From an uncultured Planctomycetota bacterium (GTDB lineage Bacteria > Planctomycetota > Planctomycetia > Isosphaerales > Isosphaeraceae), in contig CAWGMQ010000011.1 of NCBI GenBank assembly GCA_963823665.1, forward strand, positions 160,001 to 224,000: a stretch of DNA of 64,000 nucleotides. The letters are read 5' to 3'. The notes below the pieces were generated by a model. That model saw only the letters and a list, made by a program, of their open reading frames with translations, had not been told where the DNA came from and made no database searches. Position numbers and translations under genes: made by a program. Each line of letters begins with the position of its first letter. Within the stretch, counting starts at the first letter, position 1. Shown piece after piece: positions 10,623-19,569 of the stretch.

Positions 10623-12518
10623 TCACCTGGGCGTTGCCGGCGTTGTGTTGGTTTGGCGATCGAATGGCTCGGAAACCGGTTGCACGAAGCTGAAGTCGTG
10701 CACGAGCAGGCCGGCGCTGCCGACCAGGAAGTCGCGGTTCTCGGCGACCGTCAGGTTATAGACCTTCTGGGTCGGTCCGGGCTCGATTGACTGAATGGAC
10801 ACGATTCCGCCAATCATGCGCAGGCGATCGCCGGATTTCAGGTCGCGGGCCATTGTCCAGCCCTTGCCGGCCTTCCAGAAGCGGTGGATGCCGGTGGCGA
10901 CTATGGTTTCGCTGCCGAACGCGATTCGCAGTGTTTGGGACGGGCCGTTCAGATGGGTGGCGAGAACGGGCTGGAATGACAGTGCGCCGGTTGAAGATTG
11001 CTGAGACAGGACGCGGTCGCCGACGACGATGGATTCGATCTTGCGCGGGCCTGTGATCGTTTGAACCAGGGTTCCGGCGGCGAAGCAGGCCGTGTGCGGA
11101 ACCGGAGCGATCATCTCCATGAAGACGGGCTTAGGCTCGGAAGAGCGCGAGTCGAAGACATAGCCTAGCTGCTCGGTCCACCACTTCTTCCATTGTTCGG
11201 GGTCGAGGCCGAAGTTCTGATTGGTGAGCGACTCGAGCAGTGGCAGGACGCGCTCATTCGTCTGGTTGATCTGGGCGTTCCGTTCCTCCAGGTCGCGAAC
11301 GTCGTCTTCGATCCGACGCTGGGTTAGCTCCGCCGATTCCTGAGAGCGCAGAGTCGGTTCCGTGACGTAGGAGGCGCCGTGGTAGGCGCTCGTGAGCATT
11401 TGACCGGCGAAACTCCCAGAACCGGTATAACCGCCGTGTGCGCTGACATGCTGCATCCCGGATGTAAAATTCAGGACTGGAACGAGCCGGAAGTCGACGG
11501 CAGCAGGTTCGTAAAACCGCTCGAGGTCGAATCGTTCTCCGTTAACCTTCATGAAGGCAGGGGTGCCCGGACCTTGCTCCTGCGTTAGCTCGTATTTATA
11601 CGGCTTGTGGATGACAGTGACCAACCATCCTATGATGTCGCGCGGATCGCGGCGTGCCAGGGCTCGCCTCGCCTGGTCGCGGATCGCAGGCGACGGCTTG
11701 TTGATTGCCATTGCGGCGAGCCAGAACGATGCCGTCGGTCCTTCGATCTGCGAGAGCAGCTCAACGGCGACGACCTGACTTTGCACGTTTCCATTCCCCA
11801 GGATCCTGGCAATCAGCGGGACGGCGCGAGGGTCGTTCACTTGATAGACCTCTCGTTCCGCCTTCAGCCGCCGTGCCTCGATCTTGCTCTCGAGTCCGTC
11901 GCGCAGTTTCTCGAGACGCGATTTCCACTGTTCGTCGGCGCGTTTCTGGCGGTCGGCTTCGAGCTTCTGCGCGGCCAGGTCTTCAGGCTTGAACCAGCGA
12001 TCCCTGTGCTTTTTATAGCCGAGGCGTATCCAGGCAATGTCGCGGGAGGGGTCGAGGCGCGTCACCAGATAGTAATGAGCCATCGCCTCTTCATTGAGGC
12101 CCTGTTCGAGGCACCAATTCGCGAGCCGCAACTGGGCGTCAGCCTTGTTCTGGGGAACCTGCACGCGGCGCTCGAGGTATTCCCGGAGCCGGGCCTGGAA
12201 CTTGGGGTCGTTCTGGATGTCCTGCTCGACCTGGTTGGGTTTCGCCCATTTTCCCTGGAACGGCACCAGCCCCAGCAAGCCTCGCGCCTGAGTATTCGGG
12301 GGGTCGAGAGCGACGGCGAGCGTCAGATGCTTGGCTCGCTCGGCCGGGAAGCCGTGCGCCTCGCACCACAGGGCGAGCTGAACCTGATCCGCGGCGTTTT
12401 TCCCCGCCTTGGCTACGGCGGCTTGGTAGGCGAGGCGATCGGTTGCAGTTGGCTCTGGCTCGGCGGTCTTGCCGCCGTCTGCAAACATGGCACAACAGAG
12501 CAGGATGGCGCGGACCAT
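10623..12518 (-). CDS. Hint-array paralogue 1 (first gene of the array)
   Basis: 631 aa; GGAGG RBS; HTA|CFAAGTLV ... LLVHD (Hint 10695..11087). Confidence 0.9.
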   Translation of the reverse strand: MVRAILLCCAMFADGGKTAEPEPTATDRLAYQAAVAKAGKNAADQVQLALWCEAHGFPAERAKHLTLAVALDPPNTQARGLLGLVPFQGKWAKPNQVEQDIQNDPKFQARLREYLERRVQVPQNKADAQLRLANWCLEQGLNEEAMAHYYLVTRLDPSRDIAWIRLGYKKHRDRWFKPEDLAAQKLEADRQKRADEQWKSRLEKLRDGLESKIEARRLKAEREVYQVNDPRAVPLIARILGNGNVQSQVVAVELLSQIEGPTASFWLAAMAINKPSPAIRDQARRALARRDPRDIIGWLVTVIHKPYKYELTQEQGPGTPAFMKVNGERFDLERFYEPAAVDFRLVPVLNFTSGMQHVSAHGGYTGSGSFAGQMLTSAYHGASYVTEPTLRSQESAELTQRRIEDDVRDLEERNAQINQTNERVLPLLESLTNQNFGLDPEQWKKWWTEQLGYVFDSRSSEPKPVFMEMIAPVPHTACFAAGTLVQTITGPRKIESIVVGDRVLSQQSSTGALSFQPVLATHLNGPSQTLRIAFGSETIVATGIHRFWKAGKGWTMARDLKSGDRLRMIGGIVSIQSIEPGPTQKVYNLTVAENRDFLVGSAGLLVHDFSFVQPVSEPFDRQTNTTPATPR

Positions 12519-12775
12519 GGCTTCCTCCCCGGGATACCCCTACCTCTCTGGGCGTGACGATCGCGATTCTGTCACGCGGGCAGTGGCGGCGGCGCGCTCA
12601 AAAGCCTGGGCGGACGGCCTGGAAGCCAGTAGCACGAATCGATCATTGACCCCGACGCCCGCACGCCTTCGTAAGTGTACCCGAGAACGGCTCGCGGGAA
12701 CAGACGATGGCACGTCGGCGCAGAATGCGCAAGGGGAAGCACATCGGGCTGATTGCGCCAATCGGGCGGGGGATT

Positions 12776-13714
12776 CTACTTCTTGTCGAGAAATCCCTGA
12801 TTCTTGAGCCAGGTTTCACAGAGCTTGGGCCAGACCTGGAACGACGGTTCGGGCGGCACATTGAACTGGGGCGCCCCCGCGCCAAGTCCGAGCCCGTGCC
12901 GGCCCAGCTCGAAGAGGTGAAGCTCCACGGGAACATGCGCTTTTCGCAGAGCCATCGCAAACAAGAAGCTGTTCTCGGCCGGAACGCCGGAATCGGCGTT
13001 TGTGTGGGCCAGGAAGGTTGGAGGTGTGTCCTTGGTGACCTGGCGCTCGTTCGAGAGGCTTTCGATCAGTTCTTGCGACGGATTTTCGCCCAGAAGGTTT
13101 CGCAGGGAGCCGGGGTGGCCGTAGGGTGTGGCGAGCGCGATGACCGGGTAGACGAGGATCAGCCGGTCAGGCCGGGAACTTTGGCGCTCGACTGGATCTT
13201 CGGCATCAGGTTTTCCCGCACTGAAATGAGTACCGGCCGTCGAGGCGAGATGGCCGCCTGCCGAGAAGCCCATGATCGCGACCCGGCCAGGGTCGACCTT
13301 CCACTTGGCGGCATTGGCGCGGACGGTCTTGATCGCGCGGCCGGCGTCGTCGAGCATCGCGGGATGATGGTAGCGCGGACCCAGGCGGTATTTGAGTACG
13401 AACGCAGCGATCCCCAGACCATTGAGCCACTCGGCGACCTGTTTTCCTTCGTGCTCGACTGCCAGCATGCCGTACCCGCCGCCCGGGCAGACCACCACGG
13501 CCGAGCCGGTTGCTTTTTCGGAGGCAGGCAGCCAGACCGTGATCGACGGCACGTCTTTATCCGGATCGGTTCCCTTTGCTCCCGGCGCACCGCCCGGCCA
13601 GAGCGCAACGACCGGATGCGCTGCCGAGGGCTCATCGGCCTGGCATTTCAGGCTTGCACCAGCGGCCACCACGGCAATCACGACCCCTGCGAATTTCGAG
13701 AGCTTCCTGATCAT
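12776..13714 (-). CDS. Secreted alpha/beta hydrolase (acetyl xylan esterase/lipase-like)
   Basis: Signal peptide MIRKLSKFAGVVIAVVAAG; CPGGGY oxyanion motif; GFSAGGH nucleophile elbow; downstream D and H (HGLGL). Confidence 0.85.
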   Translation of the reverse strand: MIRKLSKFAGVVIAVVAAGASLKCQADEPSAAHPVVALWPGGAPGAKGTDPDKDVPSITVWLPASEKATGSAVVVCPGGGYGMLAVEHEGKQVAEWLNGLGIAAFVLKYRLGPRYHHPAMLDDAGRAIKTVRANAAKWKVDPGRVAIMGFSAGGHLASTAGTHFSAGKPDAEDPVERQSSRPDRLILVYPVIALATPYGHPGSLRNLLGENPSQELIESLSNERQVTKDTPPTFLAHTNADSGVPAENSFLFAMALRKAHVPVELHLFELGRHGLGLGAGAPQFNVPPEPSFQVWPKLCETWLKNQGFLDKK

Positions 13715-13720
13715 GGGATT

Positions 13721-13762
13721 GTCCGATGTCAGTTGTCGGGTATCCGTTGTCAATTGGTAGTT
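13721..13762 (+). repeat. Degenerate heptamer tandem repeat (GTCAGTT-like x6)
   Basis: gtccgat gtcagtt gtcgggt atccgtt gtcaatt ggtagtt, immediately upstream of the hydrolase start. Confidence 0.6.
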
Positions 13763-13857
13763 GTACTGGCGTCAATATACTCAGGGGGTCTGGGTTTTGA
13801 CAGAATGCTCTCGGTGGAGTTTCTCGGGCGGCTTTTGTGCGGGCGAATGAAGACACC

Positions 13858-13879
13858 CTTTCGCGGAGCGAAAGGCGAC
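13858..13879 (+). repeat. REP-like palindrome CTTTCGCGGAGCGAAAGGCGAC, copy 1
   Basis: Hairpin CTTTCGC-GGA-GCGAAAG; identical 22-mer at 33274..33295; both intergenic. Confidence 0.8.
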
Positions 13880-13949
13880 ACCGTTTCGTGAGCTGTTTTC
13901 GATCGTGCTGAGCACGGCTGCCCGCTTGGGGGGATGATCAGGAAAGACG

Positions 13950-16900
13950 ATGAAGCCGATTTTGTTGCTATTGGTGTGCGGCGTGAGTATGAGCTCCGGA
14001 GGCGCCGGGGCCGCTTCGCTCGACGACGATGCATTGGTGATCACGCCGCCCGGGTTTAACCGTCCGGGAGTGGCGCGGACGGCGCCACCAGAAGGGAGTG
14101 CGCGGCTCAAGATCACCGTGCGAGACCGCGCGACCAACCAAATTACTCCGTGCAGGATCAACGTCGTTGGGCCTGACGGCGACTTCTATCAACCGGCGCC
14201 GAACCGCCTGGCGCCGTACAGCCTCACCGGGCAGTGGCCCGAGACGGGCAAGGGAAATCGCTCGGGCAAGGGGCCGTTTCGATATCTCGGCCGGTTCTTC
14301 TACACAACCGGAGAAAGCGAGGTGGGCGTTCCCGCGGGGCGAGCGCGCATCGAAGTCTGGAAGGGACTGGAGTATCAGCCGATCGAGCGAGATGTCAGGA
14401 CGAGAGCCGGAGAGACCATTTCCGTGTCGCTGGAGCTCGAGCGCGTCAGGTCCATGGCCGCCCTGGGCTACCACTCGGGAGACCTGCACCTGCATTTTCC
14501 GCGGAAGGACGATGCCGACGATCAGACCATCCTTGACCTGCTCGACGCCGAGGACATCGAATACGGGGCCATTCTGGCGTACAACGAGCCGCCGGGTCCA
14601 TACGAAGGCCTGATGGCAACGATGGCCTCGCCCCAGCTTCGGGGCCTGGGAGATCGTTCGGAGCGGCGTCGCGGCCGGACCAGGATCACTTCGGGCCAGG
14701 AATACCGCAGCACGACCTATGGGCATCTGAACCTGTATTCGCGTGATGACCTGGTGCTCGCGGGCCGGAAGGCAAACGCCGACAACTGGCCGCTCTACGG
14801 AGATCTCAGCCGCGAAACGATGCGACGGGGCGGATACGCAATCTACGCGCACGGGGGATACGCACAGGCGATCTATGCAGACTTCGCGCAAAAGCACGCG
14901 AGCGCCGTCGAGCTACTTCAGTTCGGAGTGTATCGCGGAATTGAGCTGGCGGGTTGGTACGATATGCTGAACATCGGCTATCGATTTCCTTGCGTTGGGG
15001 CCAGCGACTATCCCGCCTGCCGCAAGCTCGGCGACTGCCAAACGTATGTGTGGCTCGATGGTCACGGCGATTTTGGCGGGTGGCTTCGCGGTATTGCGAG
15101 CGGGCGCAGCTTCGTCACGAACGGGCCGCTGCTGTTGCTCGAGTTGGAGGGCAGTCGGCCCGGCGGGGTGATCCGGTTGAGCGGAACCGGGCCGCACATG
15201 CTGAAAGTGAACGTTCGCGCAATCAGCCATGTCGCGCCGGTGCAGATAGTGCAGATCGTGGCCGGGGGCAAGGTTGTCGCGGAGCAGAAGGTCCCCCCGG
15301 ACGCGCGACAAGACCACTGGATCGAGTTCGAGCGCGCGGTCGAGCTGCACGAATCGTCGTGGATTGCGGCCAGGGCCTTCGGCGTAGCTCGTTCTGGTGG
15401 GCCAGATGCGGAAGCGCATACGAATCCTGTCTACGTCGACATCGGAGAGAAGGCGCCGTTTAACCGAGACTCGCTCGATCGCGTGCTCGGGCATCTCGAC
15501 GAACAGATGGCGATCCACCGCAAGCGAAACTTCGCCGAGAAGGCCCGCGTGCTGGATGATTTTCAGAAGTCACGCGACATCTTGTTGCGGATCCGGCAGG
15601 CCGGCGGGCTGGCTAGCGGCGGCGTTCCGGATGAGTGGATCAACGACAAGTCGTCTGCGGCGATCGACCCCAGCCGGCGCGCGCACGGCGAGGACGAGCT
15701 GAGTGAGTTTCTGCAACCGCTGCCGGCAACGCCGCTGCCTGAAGCAGTCAAGACTTTCGAGTGCGTCGATGGTTTTACGATGCAGCCCGTGGCGGCCGAG
15801 CCGCTTGTGCAAAGCCCGGTTGCGGCGGCTTTCGACGCCGACGGCAACCTTTACGTCGCCGAGATGCGCGATTATCCGTACAAGCCGAAGCCAGGGGGCA
15901 AGCCGCTGGGCACGGTGCGGCTGTTGCGCGACCGCGATGGCGACGGCCGCTTTGAAACCAGCCACGTCTTTGCCGACGGCTTGCTCTGGGCCGCGGGCAT
16001 TGCGCCGTGGAAGGGCGGTGTGTTTGTGACGGCACCGCCCGACATCTGGTATTTGAAGGATAGTGACGGCGATGGGAAAGCCGACGTGCGTCAGTTGATT
16101 TACACCGGCTTCGGCACACAGAACCAGCAGTCGATGGCGAACAACCTGACCTGGGGTCTGGACCACTGGATCTACGGCGCCGCGGCAGGGAATGGTGGGA
16201 CGATCCGGAACGTTCGCGACGATCGCAAGAACTCGGTCTCGGTCGAACACAACGACTTTCGGTTCGACCCGATCACAACCAGCTTCGAGCCGATCAGCGG
16301 GTCGGATCAGTTCGGCAACACGTTCGACGACTGGGGCAACCGGTTCATCTGCGATGAGTCTCATCCGCTGTCGCACCCGGTCTTGCCTCTCCATGTTCTG
16401 GCGCGCAACCCGTATCTGGCGGTGCCCTCGGTTGTGCAGGACATCGCGGGGGGTTCGGTGCCGATTTTCCGGATCAGCCCGATCGAGCGCTGGCGGCAGA
16501 TCCGCTCGAGCCGCCGCATTGCGCACGGCACCCGATCTGCGGAATCAGCCGGGGCCAGCCATCACGTCGTCGACGCCGGCGCAGGCGTGACGATCTACCG
16601 CGGAACTGCCTACCCGGCTGAATTCTATGGGAACGCGTTTGTAGGTGACGCCCAGAACAATCTCGTCCATCGACGGATCCTGGTGCCGGACGGTCCGACA
16701 TTCAAGTCGATTCGCGGCGCGCGTGAGACGGCCACCGAGTTTGTGCGCTCGCCGGACAACTGGTTTCGCCCCGTGAATTTCGTGAACGCGCCCGACGGCA
16801 CGCTGTACGTGCTGGATATGAGTCGCGCGGTCATCGAGGCGATTCATATTCCGCTCGACGTGGTCAAGCACTTGAACCTCAAGCGCGGGAGAGACCAGGG

Positions 16901-18714
16901 CCGTATCTACCGTATTGCCCCTCCCGGGTTCCGATTCATCCCACCGCCTCGATTGAGCCGGGCGACGACGGCCGAGCTTGTGGCGGCCCTGGGACGCAAG
17001 GATGGCTGGTATCGCGATACAGCCCATCGCCTGCTCTATGAACGCCAGGACCGGGCCGCGATCAACCCGCTGCGAGCGATGCTTGACGTCAAAGAGGCGC
17101 CACTGCCCCAGACGCGGGTGAACGCACTCTGGTCGCTTGAAGGGTTGGGAGCACTTGCTGATGACGATATTCTCAGTGGATTGAATGATCGCGCGGCGGA
17201 AGTGCGTGCGCAGGCCGTGAAGCTCGCCGCGCCTCGACTGGGTCGATCGCCGGAGGTGCTTGCGAAGGTGCTCGAGCTGGCCGACGATTCCGAGGTTACC
17301 GTGCGCTTCCAGACGGCGCTTGCGATCGGCGCGAGCGGTGATGCGCGGGTCGAGCCCACGCTCTTGCGGATCGCGCGGCGGGACGCCGCCAACCACTGGA
17401 TGCGCTCTGCGGTGCTTTGCTCGGGACTCGAGACGGCCGCGAGGATGCTGGTTGATCTCTGGGGTGTTCAGGAGGCCGATCGGCGGCGGGGCGCGGATGC
17501 CGGCGCGCTGCGGTTGTTGCTCGACGAGCTGGCTCGAATCGTCGGAGCGCGCAACGACCGCGTGGAAATCGATCGCGTTCTCGACCGGCTTGCGACAACG
17601 GCGCACGCGACAGAGAGGCGTGAGCTGCGCGATGAGTTGATCCTGGTGCTCGCTCGCGGCGCCCGAGGAGCGGGCGGCCGGCTTCACTCGGGAGCCGGCG
17701 CGACGAATTCCGGCGCGGATGGTGGCGGAGTTGATCGAGGAGACCCGGACAGCCGTGCGCGACGAGCATTCCCCAGAGGCGATTCGCGCGGCGGCGATTG
17801 CCCGATTGGTGACACTCGAACCGGTCTTGTCGGGAGTGGATCTTGGGAAACTGCTCGAGCCTCGAGAGCCATTGGCAGTGCAGCTTGCCGTGGTCCGAGC
17901 GGTCTCTGACAGCGATTCTGCGGAAGTCGTGCAGCTTCTGCTGCCCCGGATGCGCGGGTTCGAGCCGGTCGTTCGCACGGCTGCGGTGCAGACGTTGCTT
18001 TCCCGCGCGGCCTGGACCAGGGCGCTGCTGGAAGCCATGAGCCGCGACGATGGGCGGAACGGTTTGAGCACGGGCTTGATCGAGCCTGCCGACCGCGGGA
18101 GGCTGCTCAAGCACAGGGACGTCCAGATCGCGGGACTCGCAAAGAAGCTCTTTTCGCAGAGCGCGGCGGATTCGCGCGCGGGGGTGATTCTTGACTATGC
18201 GACGGCGATTCGCTCGGGAGGAGATCGCGGCCGCGGGGCCAAGGTGTTCGAGCGGGAATGCAAGGCGTGTCACAAGATCGGCGAGCAGGGATTTGCGCTG
18301 GGGCCTGACCTCACAGGCTCGCCGTCGCGCGATCCCGCGGCGCTGCTTGCCAATATTCTCGATCCGAATGCCAGTGTGCCGCCCAAGGACGTGCAGTATG
18401 TGGTAGTCGATCAGAACGGCAGGACATACTCCGGGATCATTGCGGCCCAGACGGCGACGGGCTTGACGCTCGAGCGCGGCGAGGGAGCCCGGGATACGAT
18501 TCTCCGCAGCCAGGTTTCCGAGCTTGCCAGCACGGGGTTATCATTGATGCCCGAGGGATTCGAGAAGCGAGTTTCGAAGGCTGAGATGGCGGATCTCGTC
18601 GCCTTTCTGTGCGCGACACACCGTGGCGGAGACAGCAGCGACGGCGTTGCCGATCAAGACTCGCGTCCGCTCGATGTCGGAACTTTGCCGGGACTGATCG
18701 AGCCGGACGAGTGA
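13950..18714 (+). CDS. CehA/McbA-like (PHP-type) metallohydrolase fused to PVC-type heme-binding CxxCH protein; frameshift ~17712
   Basis: N-half GDLHLHF, GQEYR..YGHLN, YAHGG, GASDY; then the typical PVC dehydrogenase-like start (F.CVDGFTMQPVAAEPLVQSPVAAAFD), HEAT repeats, and in ORF 17719..18714 CKACH, GPDLT, SLMPEG. Confidence 0.8.
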
Positions 18715-18774
18715 ACCGGGTAATATGGATTGTGGAAAGCGAATTTCGTACGAGCTCATTCCAAGGAGATTGTG

Positions 18775-19077
18775 ATGATTGACCTGATCAAGAAGGCGTT
18801 ATACACCGGCGTTGGCCTGGCCGTCCTGACGAAGGAAAAGGCTGAGGAGCTCGTGCAGGAGCTGACCAAGCAGGCGAAGCTCTCGGAGCAGGAGGGAAAG
18901 GAACTGTTCGATGGATTGCTGAAGCAGTCGGAGCAAGCGCGCAACGATTTTCAGACGAAGGTTGACGAGACGGTGCTCGCGGTGGTGAAGCGTCTGAACC
19001 TGGCCACCAAGGATGAAGTCGCCGGATTGAAGGCGAAGATCGACGAGCTTTCGGCGAAGGTTGGGCAGGGGTCGTGA
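18775..19077 (+). CDS. Phasin-like / PHA granule-associated family small coiled-coil protein
   Basis: MIDLIKKALYTGVGLAVLTKEKAEELVQEL...LNLATKDEV pattern; AGGAG RBS. Confidence 0.65.
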   Translation: MIDLIKKALYTGVGLAVLTKEKAEELVQELTKQAKLSEQEGKELFDGLLKQSEQARNDFQTKVDETVLAVVKRLNLATKDEVAGLKAKIDELSAKVGQGS

Positions 19078-19078
19078 T

Positions 19079-19510
19079 CTAGTCGATCGGCGGGCGCACG
19101 TCGGGGTCGATCTGGTACCCGTTTGCCAGCGCGTTGGTCATGTTGAAGAGTCCGACGATCGCCATGATCTCGCCGAGCGTCTCCTGATCGACGCCCAGCT
19201 TGCGTAACGCTGCTGTGTGCGAGTTGATGCAGTAGGCGCATCCGTTCGTGGCCGACACGGCGAGAGCGATGATTTCCCGCACCTTGGGATCAAGCCGGGA
19301 TTCTCGTCCCGCCGCCTCGGGGTGCATGAGCGTCTTCAGGCTGGACCAGACGACCTCGAGCTGGACGGGGTTGGTTGCGAGGGTGCGCCAGATTGCGGGC
19401 ACGAAATCGATATTCTTGGTTTGCTTGATGTCGGCGAAGATTTCGGCCACGGTGCCCGAAGCTTCGTGCGCGTGAACCGGCCGAACCGTTGCGATGCGTT
19501 CTTCTGCCAT
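19079..19510 (-). CDS. Carboxymuconolactone decarboxylase/AhpD-like peroxidase family protein
   Basis: REIIALAVSATNGCAYCINSH motif. Confidence 0.85.
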   Translation of the reverse strand: MAEERIATVRPVHAHEASGTVAEIFADIKQTKNIDFVPAIWRTLATNPVQLEVVWSSLKTLMHPEAAGRESRLDPKVREIIALAVSATNGCAYCINSHTAALRKLGVDQETLGEIMAIVGLFNMTNALANGYQIDPDVRPPID

Positions 19511-19569
19511 GGCGAGCTGCTCTCTGGTTGAGGGGGGAATAGAAGCCCGGGCGCAGGTACTTCTTTCAG

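Larger units (their letters stand above)
1..12518 (-). repeat. Tandem gene array, >=7 units of ~1.9-2.0 kb
   Basis: Colinear nucleotide similarity among units; short spacers (~30-64 bp) with shared motifs. Confidence 0.95.

Noticed and set aside
1..12518. Diversity-generating retroelement as the source of the variable segments
   Set aside because: No reverse transcriptase or template repeat in the window; copy 1 vs 3 differences are not adenine-specific.
804..12518. Classic polymorphic toxin/immunity locus or true inteins
   Set aside because: No C-terminal toxin, no immunity ORFs, no terminal Asn or +1 nucleophile, no homing endonuclease.
879..12557. Long plus-strand ORFs opposite the array (e.g. 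879..2198, 4809..5888, 11607..12557)
   Set aside because: Antisense shadows of high-GC genes; no recognisable motifs.
18775..19077. PHA biosynthesis cluster
   Set aside because: No phaC/phaA/phaB neighbours; only an isolated phasin-like gene.
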